This document shows positions 10,690 to 23,402 of a DNA stretch of 64,000 nucleotides, piece by piece. This DNA comes from Phallusia mammillata (lineage: Eukaryota). The translations under genes and the position numbers were made by a program. Numbering within the stretch: position 1 is the first letter of the stretch; each line of letters opens with the position of its first letter. Below the pieces are notes generated by a model. It searched no databases. It was not told where the DNA came from and saw only the letters and a list, made by a program, of their open reading frames with translations. The stretch is from assembly GCA_965637545.1 (NCBI GenBank), contig OZ281497.1, positions 22,382,001 through 22,446,000 on the forward strand, in the 5' to 3' direction.

Positions 10690-12350
10690 CGAACTGCTGT
10701 TTTTGACTGTTATCAAACTTCAGGAAATTCTGACTAACGTGTGGAATAACGTTTTAGGCCTAATTAAAATCACAAAAAAAAAAATTCCTATTATGTCTAT
10801 TTGAGCATCTTACCGATATCAGTTTTGAAAGAAATGATGAAAAAGTTTAACTGTCGAGGTTTAACGCCCCGTTCCAAGATTGTCCCAAACCAAAAACCAA
10901 AGAATTAGGTAACCAAAATTTTCAAAATAAAGCACACTTGAAACGCCTAAATATTTGCTTCAAGTTTACAATCTTTGATGCTTTTAAATATTTTAATTAT
11001 TAGCACTAACAGCAGTATCTCTCTATTTGGCAATTATAAAAGTTGTTTTAAAAAATATATATTTTTAGTAACGCCAGTAGAAAAAAATATGTTTTAAAAC
11101 GTTTTCAGCGGTGTTTTTTGAAAGTAATTCGACTATAACAAACTTTTCTTTGTTTAATAGTGCCCCATCGGAATAATTTTATTGACATGAGTCATAATTC
11201 ACTAGCTCCCATACGTCGTATACCACGATTTTATGGTAAGTACATCTAAACATTACAGTTTTAATTTGGGTAAAGAACAGTGTGTAAAATAGTTAAAAAA
11301 ATAAATTTCAAAAAATAATTGCATTCCCCTGAATAAGGTATGGAATCCCTTAAGTTCCCAGGGAGTATAAGGGGTCTTCCGTCGCAAAAGCGCCGTTATA
11401 CAAAACCACTGGCGACCGGATTTGAAACCAGGAAGTACGATATATCATACTTGTGGTGAAGGAAATCGGTTGAGAGGTTTTATAGATGGTAATCAAGGCA
11501 CTTCCTTCACTGCTCAAATAGACAAAATCAATACATATGGTATGGTAGTCCCTACAGAGATAATCGAAATGCCCCTGGCTCTTTAAAGCATTTTTCCGAT
11601 TGGCTATATGTAACTGGTATCAATTCTTCGAAATTCTCTCACATGTAATGATACCAGGTTGTCTTTGCACTTCAAAATATCCGCAACTTTTGTCACAGAA
11701 ATAGGTTTGTTCCAATCATTGCCTTGGTAGGTGTAAACGTTAATAGGTGAAATGACGCATGAATATTCCTTCAAATGTGTGCGTATGTCTTTTCACTCTT
11801 TACCAAATGTAGTAAATGCCGTGGCAAACTAATTTGGCCCTAAAAACGTTAGATATGTAACCCAAATAAGGGAATCAAACAAGCACGAACTTTAAAGCCT
11901 GATGAAAAGCAAAATGAACTAAAATTAAAACACAGCGAATCCTGTTATTTCACCGTGTTAATAACCAGGTATGCCAACATTGGCATTTGTATATAGTTTT
12001 TTCCCTTTCGTTTCAACACTTTCTCATTGTTTCGTATCGTTACTGTTTGACGTCCCTACTGGCAAACTGTACCGTTTTCTGCACTTGCTATTGTGATGAT
12101 GACGACTGCTGTGGTTTGTTATATATGTATATGTGTGCAAACTTTTAGCAGCTTTTCAGTAGTAATCGTATGTACTTGATCTTTGCGTACTGAATTTAAA
12201 GACTTAGTTGAATTCAAAGATCGCCCTTTTTGCCATTCACAGAGTCAGTTTGTGAATAGAATGTTTTTACCGCAATAGCACGCTTGAATAAACGACTGAG
12301 ATTGTTTTTGCTTTGTGCCTGTTGACCATTTGACATTTTACCTCTGTTGC
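10690..12350 (-). pseudogene. Degenerate gene-like block of unassigned family (paralog of ~26820-28480; partial inverted copy ~21530-22518)
   Basis: Segments bounded by splice-like signals shared between paralogs (e.g. ...FW[F/S]GTILER[G/S]VKP..FKT[D/S][I/V]|gtaag). Coding-like stretch seen as ORF 22108-22491. Many stops and frameshifts. Confidence 0.35.
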
Positions 12351-12782
12351 ATCACAACGGGATTCAAATGTCACAATGCATTTTGGTTTGTCGCTTAAGA
12401 AGAACTTTTTCAAACAGGTTTTATGCTATATTAAAACGCCAAAATTTTTAAAACCACTCGTTCGTTTCAAATCGCAATTTATCAATTCCTTGTGCGCGAA
12501 TTAAGACAGTGTCGCGGATCCCCGGTTAAAAACCATTGCTGTACTCGTCAGGTTTACTGGCTTACGCGAGTATATACAGTTGGAATACCACAGCATGTAT
12601 ATCACGTTTGAATTAAACTATATTAGGCGGTGGCACCACAAATATTGTCAATGAACGCTCGGTGTCAATACATGAAGATGCCTATTTCATCACAAATAGT
12701 CATACAAAGCAATTTTTGGTAAAACGATTTACTGTTGTTTGTCTACGCTTTTAAAGCAGAACCAACAATATATACATGAAAA

Positions 12783-14287
12783 TCAACTTTTAATTATTTC
12801 GAAAGGGCGAAAAAACTGATCCAATCCTACACGATTCGAGGCATGACTGGGTTCAGGAATCTCAAACGTGGCTGCCTCATTGGTTTCCGTTTCGTCAGCA
12901 AATTCATCGTTAATGATGCGTCGAACTTCTTCTTCCACTGTAAAAGACAGAACACATTAATGATGACTACAAGAAAATAAAACGTGTACACTTGGAGTTT
13001 GAATGGAAATCTTAAGCCTAACTATAATTTAATGACAAACACTAGATTCTTTGGGAAATACCGTTTTTAATCTTGGGACGATTGCTCGGACTCTGCGACC
13101 AGCAGGATACAACTATTGATTTCATCGGATCGTTTGCATCAAAACGCCCCGCATCTGGTCGTTGTTCATCTTTAATCGCACTGATTAATGCCAAACTGTT
13201 CATTCCAAGAAAATCATCACTTGCTAACCTTTCCGTTACAATTTCATATGTCACCACGGCAAAACTGCAATATATTAAAAACGGCTGTTCATTTTTTGTA
13301 ATCATTTGCTCGCTTTGAAAATACAGCTTTTTAAAACAGTTTCATGTGTTTGTAAGCACACTAAAAAACTGCTGTGTGTTTTGTAAAAATATAGCTCACC
13401 TGTACACATCCCTTGCGTGGTCATTATATCCGTCCCCATTTAGAATTTCAGGCGCAGAGTACAGAAGAGTGTGAACTGTGGATATATCCAGCGTCAAGCT
13501 TGACGACTGGCATCCAGTTGCTGCTCTAACATTGGCGGCACCAAAGTCAGCAAGCTTCAAGACAAATTGTGGTGTGATTAAAATATTACTTGCTTTAATA
13601 TCACCGTGAGTAAATTTCTTTTGGGAGTCGAAGGTGTGCAAGTAGCTAATAGCTGCAGACAGTTGGTGTATCAACTTCAAGCCAGTGCTTCTTGAAAATT
13701 GAATTTGTTTGTCTTTCATCAAATTTGCCAAGGTTTTTCCACCGACGTACTCAAGAATAAGTCCAACGTTGCTGTTCCATGTAGTAACAGCACATACCTC
13801 CACGATGTTTGGGTGGTTTATCCTTGCTAATACATGTGCTTCGGTCTTAAACCTTTGCGGAAACATAAACTGTCCGGAAATAGAATAAACCGTAGTTGTG
13901 TTTTACATTTTAGTGCAATGTTTTCATGTTGGATTTTTGATATAATTTTGGTGAGTATAGAATCTACAATAAAGTGTTCACTTACGACTTCCAGCTACAA
14001 ATCATATCTTCGGGGGTGCCAGTCAGTTCAGTACACTTAACAGCAACTTCTCCCAACCTGTCGTGATAACAGCGACGCACAGCACCAAAACTTCCAGACC
14101 CAATGTAATCCACTTCGCTAAAACTGGTTTTTAAATCGTTAGCTGGCAACTCCGACAATTCATGAGGCAACTCTCTCATCTGTAAAGCAACAAAACTTAT
14201 CTGTTTGCACTATATTGGATTTTAGATAGAGTAAATTATTCTCACCAAGCACTTTTTCATTTCCACTTGGGTTTGCGCTGACGCCAT
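12783..14287 (-). CDS. KinA2: intact RIPK/IRAK-like non-RD kinase, 348 aa (exons 14246-14287, 13986-14179, 13400-13852, 13062-13264, 12783-12937)
   Basis: Same exon sizes and motifs as KinA1, GT-AG introns, no stops. Confidence 0.88.
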
Positions 14288-14900
14288 TTTCACTGTCGCA
14301 ATTTCGTGACGCTTTGTCTGGCCTTTTGTCTGCAAAGTAACGTGAAACCGATGTGAGATTGTAACTATTGCGTAAGTTTGATACAGTGCACTAGAAATAT
14401 AAACTTTGTTACAGGTAACTCTATTTCTGCCGAGTCTTTCATATTTACAAGATAAAATTGTCTTTGTATAAATTTTATTCTATTACACAACATGACTGGA
14501 AAATAAGGTTTGTAACTTGGCTTTTAACTCTTGTGTGTTTAAAACCCTACAGGTGCGGAACTTAGTTTTAGTTTCTAGGGTTACGAATTAGTGGCCGCTG
14601 TGTGTAGGCTATCGTTGATTTATTACCTGCCGACAAGAAAACTTCATTTAAATTGATAAATGGGGTAATAATTGCGTATAATTATGTAGCTACAGTTGTG
14701 TATTGTTTTGACTTAACAATTTGCATTTATTTTTCAAATGTTTAATTTAGCCCAGCCGCTTCAAAAGATTGAAGAAATATTTGTACAAAGTTGTTGTTTT
14801 CCATTTGACTATTTTTCAAGCGTCAACTGTGCACCAAGCGAAAGATAAAAGATTTGATAAAAGATTGCTGAATCGGAAACGATAAATTAATGTGCAAGTA
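14288..14900. promoter_or_regulatory. Second copy of putative bidirectional promoter (KinA2/KinB2)
   Basis: Homologous to 4376-4961 and lies between divergent genes. Confidence 0.5.
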
Positions 14901-16355
14901 ATACAAAGTGATGTAAGTTTACGCAAAATTTTTAGACGTGCAGTCACTTTTTTCCGCTTTTTAAATTAAAGAAAACCGTACATTGTAAGTAAAAAATTCT
15001 TAATTTCGTTGTGTGTACATGCACATAACTGTATAATATTATTGGAAATACTTGTGTTCAAAAAATTATTGTACTTCACTTCATTTCGATTAAAATTTGA
15101 CATAAAAACAATGAAAATAAAGAAGCTTTGTCTCAATCTAAAGCTATTTCAGGGTAATTTTTTGAATACTTATGTTTTGGGGTGGTTTTAGGCTGATTTA
15201 CCGGAAGTCTCGCAAAGAGTACCTAAGATTTCAGCCGATGCATTGTTTACCAGTCGGAATGCAGATGACTTTTTAGGTAAAGGAGGTTATGCTTCTGTGC
15301 GAAGGTGCAAGTACAACAACGATGTTGTGGCTGCAAAGTGCTACAGCCTGACCTTTAGCGGCGATGAGTTACAATCTAAAACTAGTGGGTAAGCTGACAT
15401 TAAAGTCTTGTTTGCATGACCTGTTTTTCCTAATTTGGCGACCTATATGTGTTTTGTAATTCAGGTTTCTGACAGAAGTAAACTCCTTGGCCCGAATCAA
15501 CTACAAACATATTGTAAAAGTTCTTGGATACGCGATTTGGAAAATGTGCAACGTGGCAATCATCGTGGAGTACGTGCAGGGGGAAAATCTAAAATCCTAT
15601 TTGCACCAAAATCCCAAACAGGAAATACCTTGGCCGATTCGGTTGAAAATTGCTTACAAACTTTCCTTAGCTTTAAAGTATTTGCACAACTATGAGCCAG
15701 GACATGCCCTTCGACATGGAGATGTCAAACCAGAAAACATAATCATCACTTCAGAATGTGTTCTTAAATTAACCGACTTTGGGGCGGCACAGATCATTCG
15801 ATCTACTGGTCTTGACACAAGCACATCCGAAGTTCCAGCGACTAGGCAGTCATTATTACGTTATGCACCTCCCGAAGTTGAAAACTTAAATGTGCTTGGC
15901 GACATGTACAGGTATTGGAACTCGTATTTGTGTAATGTTGCTGTGTGAAATATTTTGTTATAGTTTTGTTGTAATCTTAACGTTGCAGCCTTGCAATGGT
16001 TGTTTACGAGGTCATTACCAGGATCACACCATTTTCGGAGTACGATGTTGCCGATCCAGTCTTGTTTACTTTAAAACAATGTGGAAAAAAACCAACCATG
16101 GAACTTGATAATGTCGGATCCACTTTGATGTCAGAATTGAAAACTATCTACGACGGTCTGAGGCACATCATGGAAAAATTCTCTCCTATCGGTGATCTAA
16201 TGGTGTGCCATGTTGCCTTTGCACTTCGAAATGACTCGCAACTTTTGTCACAGGTTTGTTCCAATCATTTGCCTAGATGTAAACGAACAGGTGAAATGAC
16301 ACATAAATATACTTTAAAATACAGTAAACGCCCCAGAAAATTATTTTGGCCTTGA
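14901..16355 (+). pseudogene. KinB2: start-lost, 3'-truncated chimeric KinB copy (exons 14901-14912, 15192-15388, 15465-15911, 15989-16355)
   Basis: The ATG position reads ATA. Kinase homology stops after ...HIMEK (16178), losing the CW..R of subdomain XI, and the frame runs 58 codons into an unrelated block also found at 27692. Confidence 0.8.
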
Positions 16356-16998
16356 AAACGTTAGATTTGTACCCACTGCGCAAATCCAGCTGCATTCTGC
16401 GTATTGGCTCGTAAACAGTGCTTTATATTAATCAATCTATAGAGAATTAGCAAAGAACTAAAAATTGCAATATATTACAAAGCATATTGAGTAGTGTGCA
16501 GGTATAAAAATGTCCCTGGTTGCTGTGTTCAAGCACAAACTTAAAAAGCTTGATGAAAATCGAAATGACCTGAGAGCAAAAAAAAAAAAAAAACAGCGAA
16601 ACCCTTTTATTCCATCGTTTTAATAACCACTTATTATTTTAATAACCACTGCTTTTGTATAGTTTTTTTTTGCCCTCTCGTTTCCACACTTTTTATCACC
16701 ATTGTTCCATATCGTTACTCTTTGACGTGTCATATGTGTATATGTGTGCAAGTTTTTGTCAGCTTTTTGGTAGTATTCTTATGTAGCCTACTTGATCTTT
16801 GCGTCATGAATTCAAAGCCTTAGTTTCGCTCATTTAACCATTCACAGAGTCAGTTTGTTAATAGCTTGTTTTTACCGCTATAGCACGCTTAAATAAACAA
16901 CTGAGAATTAAAAAAGCATTTTGATTTTTGCCTGTTAAATCCATTCCGCAGCAAACAAAACCGTATTTGAGAGAAAAACTATTCTGAGTAATCTATAG

Positions 16999-17105
16999 CA
17001 ATGTTTTTCAAACTTTTTTGAGCCACGAAACACTTTATGCATGAAAATAATTTTGCGGAACACCAAACAAAATTTTGATGCAATCAAACAGGGGTGGGGA
17101 ACCTA
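16999..17105 (+). mobile_element. Two adjacent hAT/MITE left ends at the palindrome centre
   Basis: CAATGTTTTTCAAAC at 16999, directly after hAT-like target ATCTATAG, and CAGGGGTGGGGAACC at 17089. Both coincide with homology breakpoints. Confidence 0.55.
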
Positions 17106-18369
17106 CGGATTAAAAACTACTTCGGCCGACCCTAACGAAAACAGAAAAAACGATCTGTGACAAAAAAGACGTGCCAGTCGCTTAGACCGCCATCTTGAAA
17201 AAAATTTAATACTTCAGGTGTAACTTTTACAGCAAACTACAACATAGACCTACCATACGCTTCACTGATCATGAGACAAAGGGTGGTCGCGTGTGTTTTG
17301 CGTATCAAATGTGGTTATAAATAAGTTAGTATGATCGTTCGACTAACTTGTTTATCCTTGTGCCAAGGCGAGGCCAGCCTAATGATTTTATTTAGCTGGA
17401 AGTGGACATATATTTACGTATCTGATCAATAATTTTAATTTAAAGGCTTTGCACCCGATGTTTTTAAGTTCACATAAAACAGAAATGACATGGAAACCAC
17501 TTTACTACTATACATTGTTAATCACATTTGAAAAAACTAACATTTCTGTGAAATCTTTATGCATGACGTCTATAACTATATGCAAGAGAATGCCTTTATG
17601 TCACGAAACGCAATACCTTACTTAAAACATTCCCTAAATCACCCAAATTAACTATCACCGGCAATATACAGGAAGCTTGCTTATTGTCAATACGTACAGG
17701 GTGCGAAAGTTAATACTGTAGAATAAACTTCATACTCATCTGTACAATAACTGGAACAGTGATTTTGCATTCCTGAGAGAACACAATTCTCGACGTTATA
17801 TACTGACGTTTGCATATTGAATTACACGACCTATAGATTACTTAGAATAGTTTTTCTCACAAATACGGTTTTGTTTGCTGCGGAATGGATTTAACAGGCA
17901 AAAATCAAAATGCTTTTTTAATTCTCAGTTGTTTATTTAAGCGTGCTATAGCGGTAAAAACAAGCTATTAACAAACTGACTCTGTTAATAGTTAAATGAG
18001 CGAAACTAAGTCTTTGAATTCATGACGCAAAGATCAAGTAGGCTACATAAGAATACTACCAAAAAGCTGATAAAAACTTGCACATATATACACATATGAC
18101 AGGCCACATCTGTCATCATCATTACAATAGCAACTGAAGAAAACGGCTCAGATTGCCAGTAGGGACGTCAAAGAGTAACGATATGGAACAATGGTGAGAA
18201 AAAGTGTGGAAACGAGAGAGCAAAAAAAACTATACAAAAGCAGTGGTTATTAAAATAATAAGTGGTTATTAAAACGATGGAATAAAAGGGTTTCGCTGTT
18301 TGTTTGTTTTTTGCTCTCAGGTCATTTCGATTTTCATCAAGCTTTTTAAGTTTGTGCTTGAACACAGCA

Positions 18370-18569
18370 NNNNNNNNNNNNNNNNNNNNNNNNNNNNNNN
18401 NNNNNNNNNNNNNNNNNNNNNNNNNNNNNNNNNNNNNNNNNNNNNNNNNNNNNNNNNNNNNNNNNNNNNNNNNNNNNNNNNNNNNNNNNNNNNNNNNNNN
18501 NNNNNNNNNNNNNNNNNNNNNNNNNNNNNNNNNNNNNNNNNNNNNNNNNNNNNNNNNNNNNNNNNNNNN
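18370..18569. other. Assembly gap (200 N)
   Basis: Run of exactly 200 N. Palindrome symmetry predicts ~804 bp (15717-16520). Confidence 0.98.
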
Positions 18570-19385
18570 TGTCGAAGGGCATGTCCTGGCTCATAGTTGT
18601 GCAAATACTTTAAAGCTAAGGAAAGTTGGTAAGCAATTTTCAACCGAATCGGCCAAGGTATTTCCTGTTTGGGATTTTGGTGCAAATAGGATTTTAGATT
18701 TTCCCCCTGCACGTACTCCACGATGATTGCCACGTTGCACATTTTCCAAATCGCGTATCCAAGAACTTTTACAATATGTTTGTAGTTGATTCGGGCCAAG
18801 GAGTTTACTTCTGTCAGAAACCTGAATTACAAAACACATATAGGTCGCCAAATTAGGAAAAACAGGTCATGCAAACAAGACTTTAATGTCAGCTTACCCA
18901 CTAGTTTTAGATTGTAACTCATCGCCGCTAAAGGTCAGGCTGTAGCACTTTGCAGCCACAACATCGTTGTTGTACTTGCACCTTCGCACAGAAGCATAAC
19001 CTCCTTTACCTAAAAAGTCATCTGCATTCCGACTGGTAAACAATGCATCGGCTGAAATCTTAGGTACTCTTTGCGAGACTTCCGGTAAATCAGCCTAAAA
19101 CCACCCCAAAACATAAGTATTCAAAAAATTACCCTGAAATAGCTTTAGATTTAGACAAAGCTTCTTTATTTTCATTGTTTTTATGTCAAATTTTAATCGA
19201 AATGAAGTGAAGTACAATAATTTTTTGAACACAAGTGTTTCCAATAATATTATACAGTTATGTGCATGTACACGCAACGAAATTAAGAATTTTTTACTTA
19301 CAATGTACGGTTTTCTTTAATTTAAAAAGCGGAAAAAAGTGACTACACGTCTAAAAATTTTGCGTAAACTTACATCACTTTGAAT
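18570..19385 (-). pseudogene. KinB2' inverted copy (5' exons 19374-19385, 18898-19094, 18821 into gap)
   Basis: Reverse complement of 14901-15716. The start-codon position reads ATT. Confidence 0.8.
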
Positions 19386-19998
19386 TACTTGCACATTAAT
19401 TTATCGTTTCCGATTCAGCAATCTTTTATCAAATCTTTTATCTTTCGCTTGGTGCACAGTTGACGCTTGAAAAATAGTCAAATGGAAAACAACAACTTTG
19501 TACAAATATTTCTTCAATCTTTTGAAGCGGCTTGGCTAAATTAAACATTTGAAAAATAAATGCAAATTGTTAAGTCAAAACAATACACAACTGTAGCTAC
19601 ATAATTATACGCAATTATTACCCCATTTATCAATTTAAATGAAGTTTTCTTGTCGGCAGGTAATAAATCAACGATAGCCTACACACAGCGGCCACTAATT
19701 CGTAACCCTAGAAACTAAAACTAAGTTCCGCACCTGTAGGGTTTTAAACACACAAGAGTTAAAAGCCAAGTTACAAACCTTATTTTCCAGTCATGTTGTG
19801 TAATAGAATAAAATTTATACAAAGACAATTTTATCTTGTAAATATGAAAGACTCGGCAGAAATAGAGTTACCTGTAACAAAGTTTATATTTCTAGTGCAC
19901 TGTATCAAACTTACGCAATAGTTACAATCTCACATCGGTTTCACGTTACTTTGCAGACAAAAGGCCAGACAAAGCGTCACGAAACTGCGACAGTGAAA

Positions 19999-21099
19999 AT
20001 GGCGTCAGCGCAAACCCAAGTGGAAATGGAAAGGCGCCGAAGCACATGTATTAACAAGGATAAACCACCCAAACATCGTGGAGGTATGTGCTGTTACTAC
20101 ATGGAACAGCAACGTTGGACTTATTCTTGAGTACGTCGGTGGAAAAACCTTGGCAAATTTGATCAAAGACAAACAAATTCAATTTTCAAGAAGCACTGGC
20201 TTGAAGTTGATACACCAACTGTCTGCAGCTATTAGCTACTTGCACACCTTCGACTCCCAAAAGAAATTTACTCACGGTGATATTAAAGCAAGTAATATTT
20301 TAATCACACCACAATTTGTCTTGAAGCTTGCTGACTTTGGTGCCGCCAATGTTAGAGCAGCAACTGGATGCCAGTCGTCAAGCTTGACGCTGGATATATC
20401 CACAGTTCACACTCTTCTCTACTCTGCGCCTGAAATTCTAAATGGGGACGGATATAATGACCACGCAAGGGATGTGTACAGGTGAGCTATATTTTTACAA
20501 AACACACAGCAGTTTTTTAGTGTGCTTACAAACACATGAAACTGTTTTAAAAAGCTGTATTTTCAAAGCGAGCAAATGATTACAAAAAATGAACAGTCGT
20601 TTTTAATATATTGCAGTTTTGCCGTGGTGACATATGAAATTGTAACGGAAAGGTTAGCAAGTGATGATTTTCTTGGAATGAACAGTTTGGCATTAATCAG
20701 TGCGATTAAAGATGAACAACGACCAGATGCGGGGCGTTTTGATGCAAACGATCCGATGAAATCAATAGTTGTATCCTGCTGGTCGCAGAATCCGAGCAAT
20801 CGTCCCAAGATTAAAAACGGTATTTCCCACAGAATCTAGTGTTTGTCATTAAATTATAGTTAGGCTTAAGATTTCCATTCAAACTCCAAGTGTACACGCT
20901 TTCATTTTCTTGTAGTCATCATAAATGTGTTCTGTCTTTTACAGCGGAAGAAGAAGTTCGGCGCATCATTAACGATGAATTTGGTGACGAAACGGAAACC
21001 AATGAGGCAGCCACGTTTGAGATTCCTGAACCCAGTCATGCCTCGAATCGTGTAGGATTGGATCAGTTTTTTCGCCCTTTCGAAATGATTAAAAGTTGA
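19999..21099 (+). pseudogene. KinA3: KinA2 copy with ~0.4 kb deletion removing exon 2 (Gly-loop, VAVK)
   Basis: Junction GGAAATGGAAAG-GCG-CCGAAGCAC at ~20033-20037 joins exon 1 to exon 3 out of frame (TGA 20128-20130). Downstream exons 20617-20819 and 20945-21099 are intact. Confidence 0.88.
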
Positions 21100-22518
21100 T
21101 TTTCATGTATATATTGTTGGTTCTGCTTTAAAAGCGTAGACAAACAACAGTAAATCGTTTTACTAAAAAATGCTTTGTATGACTATTTTTGATGAAATAA
21201 CCATCTTTATGCATTGACACCGAGCGTTCATTGACAATATTTGTGGTGCCACCGCCTAATATAGTTTAATTCAAACGTGATATACATGCTGTGGTATTCC
21301 AACTGTATATACTCGCGTAAGGCAGTAAACCTTACGAGTAGAGCAATGGTTTTTAACCGTGGATCCGCGACACTGTCTTAATTCGCGCACAAGGAATTGA
21401 TAAATTGCGATTTGAAACGAACGAGTGGTTTTAAAAATTTTGGCGTTTTAATATAGCATAAAACCTGTTTGAAAAAGTTCTTCTTAAGCGACAAACCAAA
21501 ATGTATTGTGACATTTGAATCCCGTTGTGATGCAACAGAGGTAAAATGTCAACTGGTCAACAGGCACAAAGCAAAAACAATTTCAGTCGTTTATTCAAGC
21601 GTGCTATAGCGGTAAAAACATTCTATTCACAAACTGACTCTGTGAATGGCAAAAAGGGCGATCTTTGAATTCAACTAAGTCTTTGAATTCAGTACGCAAA
21701 GATCAAGTACATACGATTACTACTGAAAAGCTGCTAAAAGTTTGCACACATATACACATATAACAAACCACAGCAGTCGTCATCATCACAATAGCAAGTG
21801 CAGAAAACGGTACAGTTTGCCAGTAGGGACGTCAAACAGTAACGATACGAAACAATGAGAAAGTGTTGAAACGAAAGGGCAAAAACTATATACAAATGCC
21901 AATGTTGGCATACCTGGTTATTAACACGGTGAAATAACAGGATTCGCTGTGTTTTAATTTTAGTTCATTTTGCTTTTCATCAGGCTTTAAAGTTCGTGCT
22001 TGTTTGATTCCCTTATTTGGGTTACATATCTAACGTTTTTAGGGCCAAATTAGTTTGCCACGGCATTTACTACATTTGGTAAAGAGTGAAAAGACATACG
22101 CACACATTTGAAGGAATATTCATGCGTCATTTCACCTATTAACGTTTACACCTACCAAGGCAATGATTGGAACAAACCTATTTCTGTGACAAAAGTTGCG
22201 GATATTTTGAAGTGCAAAGACAACCTGGTATCATTACATGTGAGAGAATTTGCTTTGAAGAGCCAAGGCCATTTCGGTTATCTCTATAGGGACTACCATA
22301 CCATATGTATTGATTTTGTCTATTTGAGCAGTGAAGAAAGTGCCTTGATTACCATCTATAAAACCTCTCAACCGATTTCCTTCATCACAAGTATGATATA
22401 TCGTACTTCCTGGTTTCAAATCCGGTCGCCAGTGGTTTTGTATAACGGCGCTTTTGCGACGGAAGACCACCTGTACTCCCTGGGAACTTAAGGGATTCCA
22501 TACTTTGTTTAGGGGAAT

Positions 22519-23402
22519 ACAGAAGTAAACTCCTTGGCCCGAATCAACTACAAACATTTTGTAAAAGTTCTTGGATACGCGATTTGGAAAATGTGCAACG
22601 TGGCAATCATCGTGGAGTACGTGCAGGGGGAAAATCTAAAATCCTATTTGCACCAAAATCCCAAACAGGAAATACCTTGGCCGATTCGGTTGAAAATTGC
22701 TTACCAACTTTCCTTAGCTTTAAAGTATTTGCACAACTATGAGCCAGGACATACCCTTCGACATGGAGATGTCAAACCAGAAAACATAATCATCACTTCA
22801 GAATGTGTCCTTAAATTAACCGACTTTGGGGCGGCACAGATCATTCGATCTACTGGTCTTGACACAAGCACATCCGAAGTTCCAGCGACTAGGCAGTCAT
22901 CATTACGTTATGCACCTCCCGAAGTTGAAAACTTAAATGTGCTTGGCGACATGTACAGGTATTGGAACTCGTATTTGTGTAATGTTGCTGTGTGAAATAT
23001 TTTGTTATAGTTTTGTTGTAATCTTAACGTTGCAGCCTTGCAATGGTTGTTTACGAGGTCATTACCAGGATCACACCATTTTCGGAGTACGATGTTGCCG
23101 ATCCAGTCTTGTTTACTTTAAAACAATGTGGAAAAAAACCAACCATGGAACTTGATAATGTCGGATCCACTTTGATGTCAGAATTGAAAACTATCTACGA
23201 CGGTCTGAGGCACATCATGGAAAAATTCTCTCCTATCGGTGATCTAATGGTGTGCCATGTTGCCTTTGCACTTCGAAATGACTCGCAACTTTTGTCACAG
23301 GTTTGTTCCAATCATTTGCCTAGATGTAAACGAACAGGTGAAATGACACATAAATATACTTTAAAATACAGTAAACGCCCCAGAAAATTATTTTGGCCTT
23401 GA
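22519..23402 (+). pseudogene. KinB3: 5'- and 3'-truncated KinB fragment (direct copy of 15472-16355)
   Basis: Begins abruptly at ACAGAAGTAAAC inside exon 3 and has the same chimeric 3' junction at 23225/23226. Confidence 0.88.

Larger units (their letters stand above)
11323..22518. repeat. Large inverted duplication (quasi-palindrome): arms 11323-16998 and 17831-22518, spacer 16999-17830
   Basis: Near-identical reverse-complement matches at both arm ends and across the gap (15716<->18570, 16521<->18369). Confidence 0.9.

Noticed and set aside
18300-18799. ORF-track entries spanning the N run
   Set aside because: Artefacts of translating through the assembly gap.
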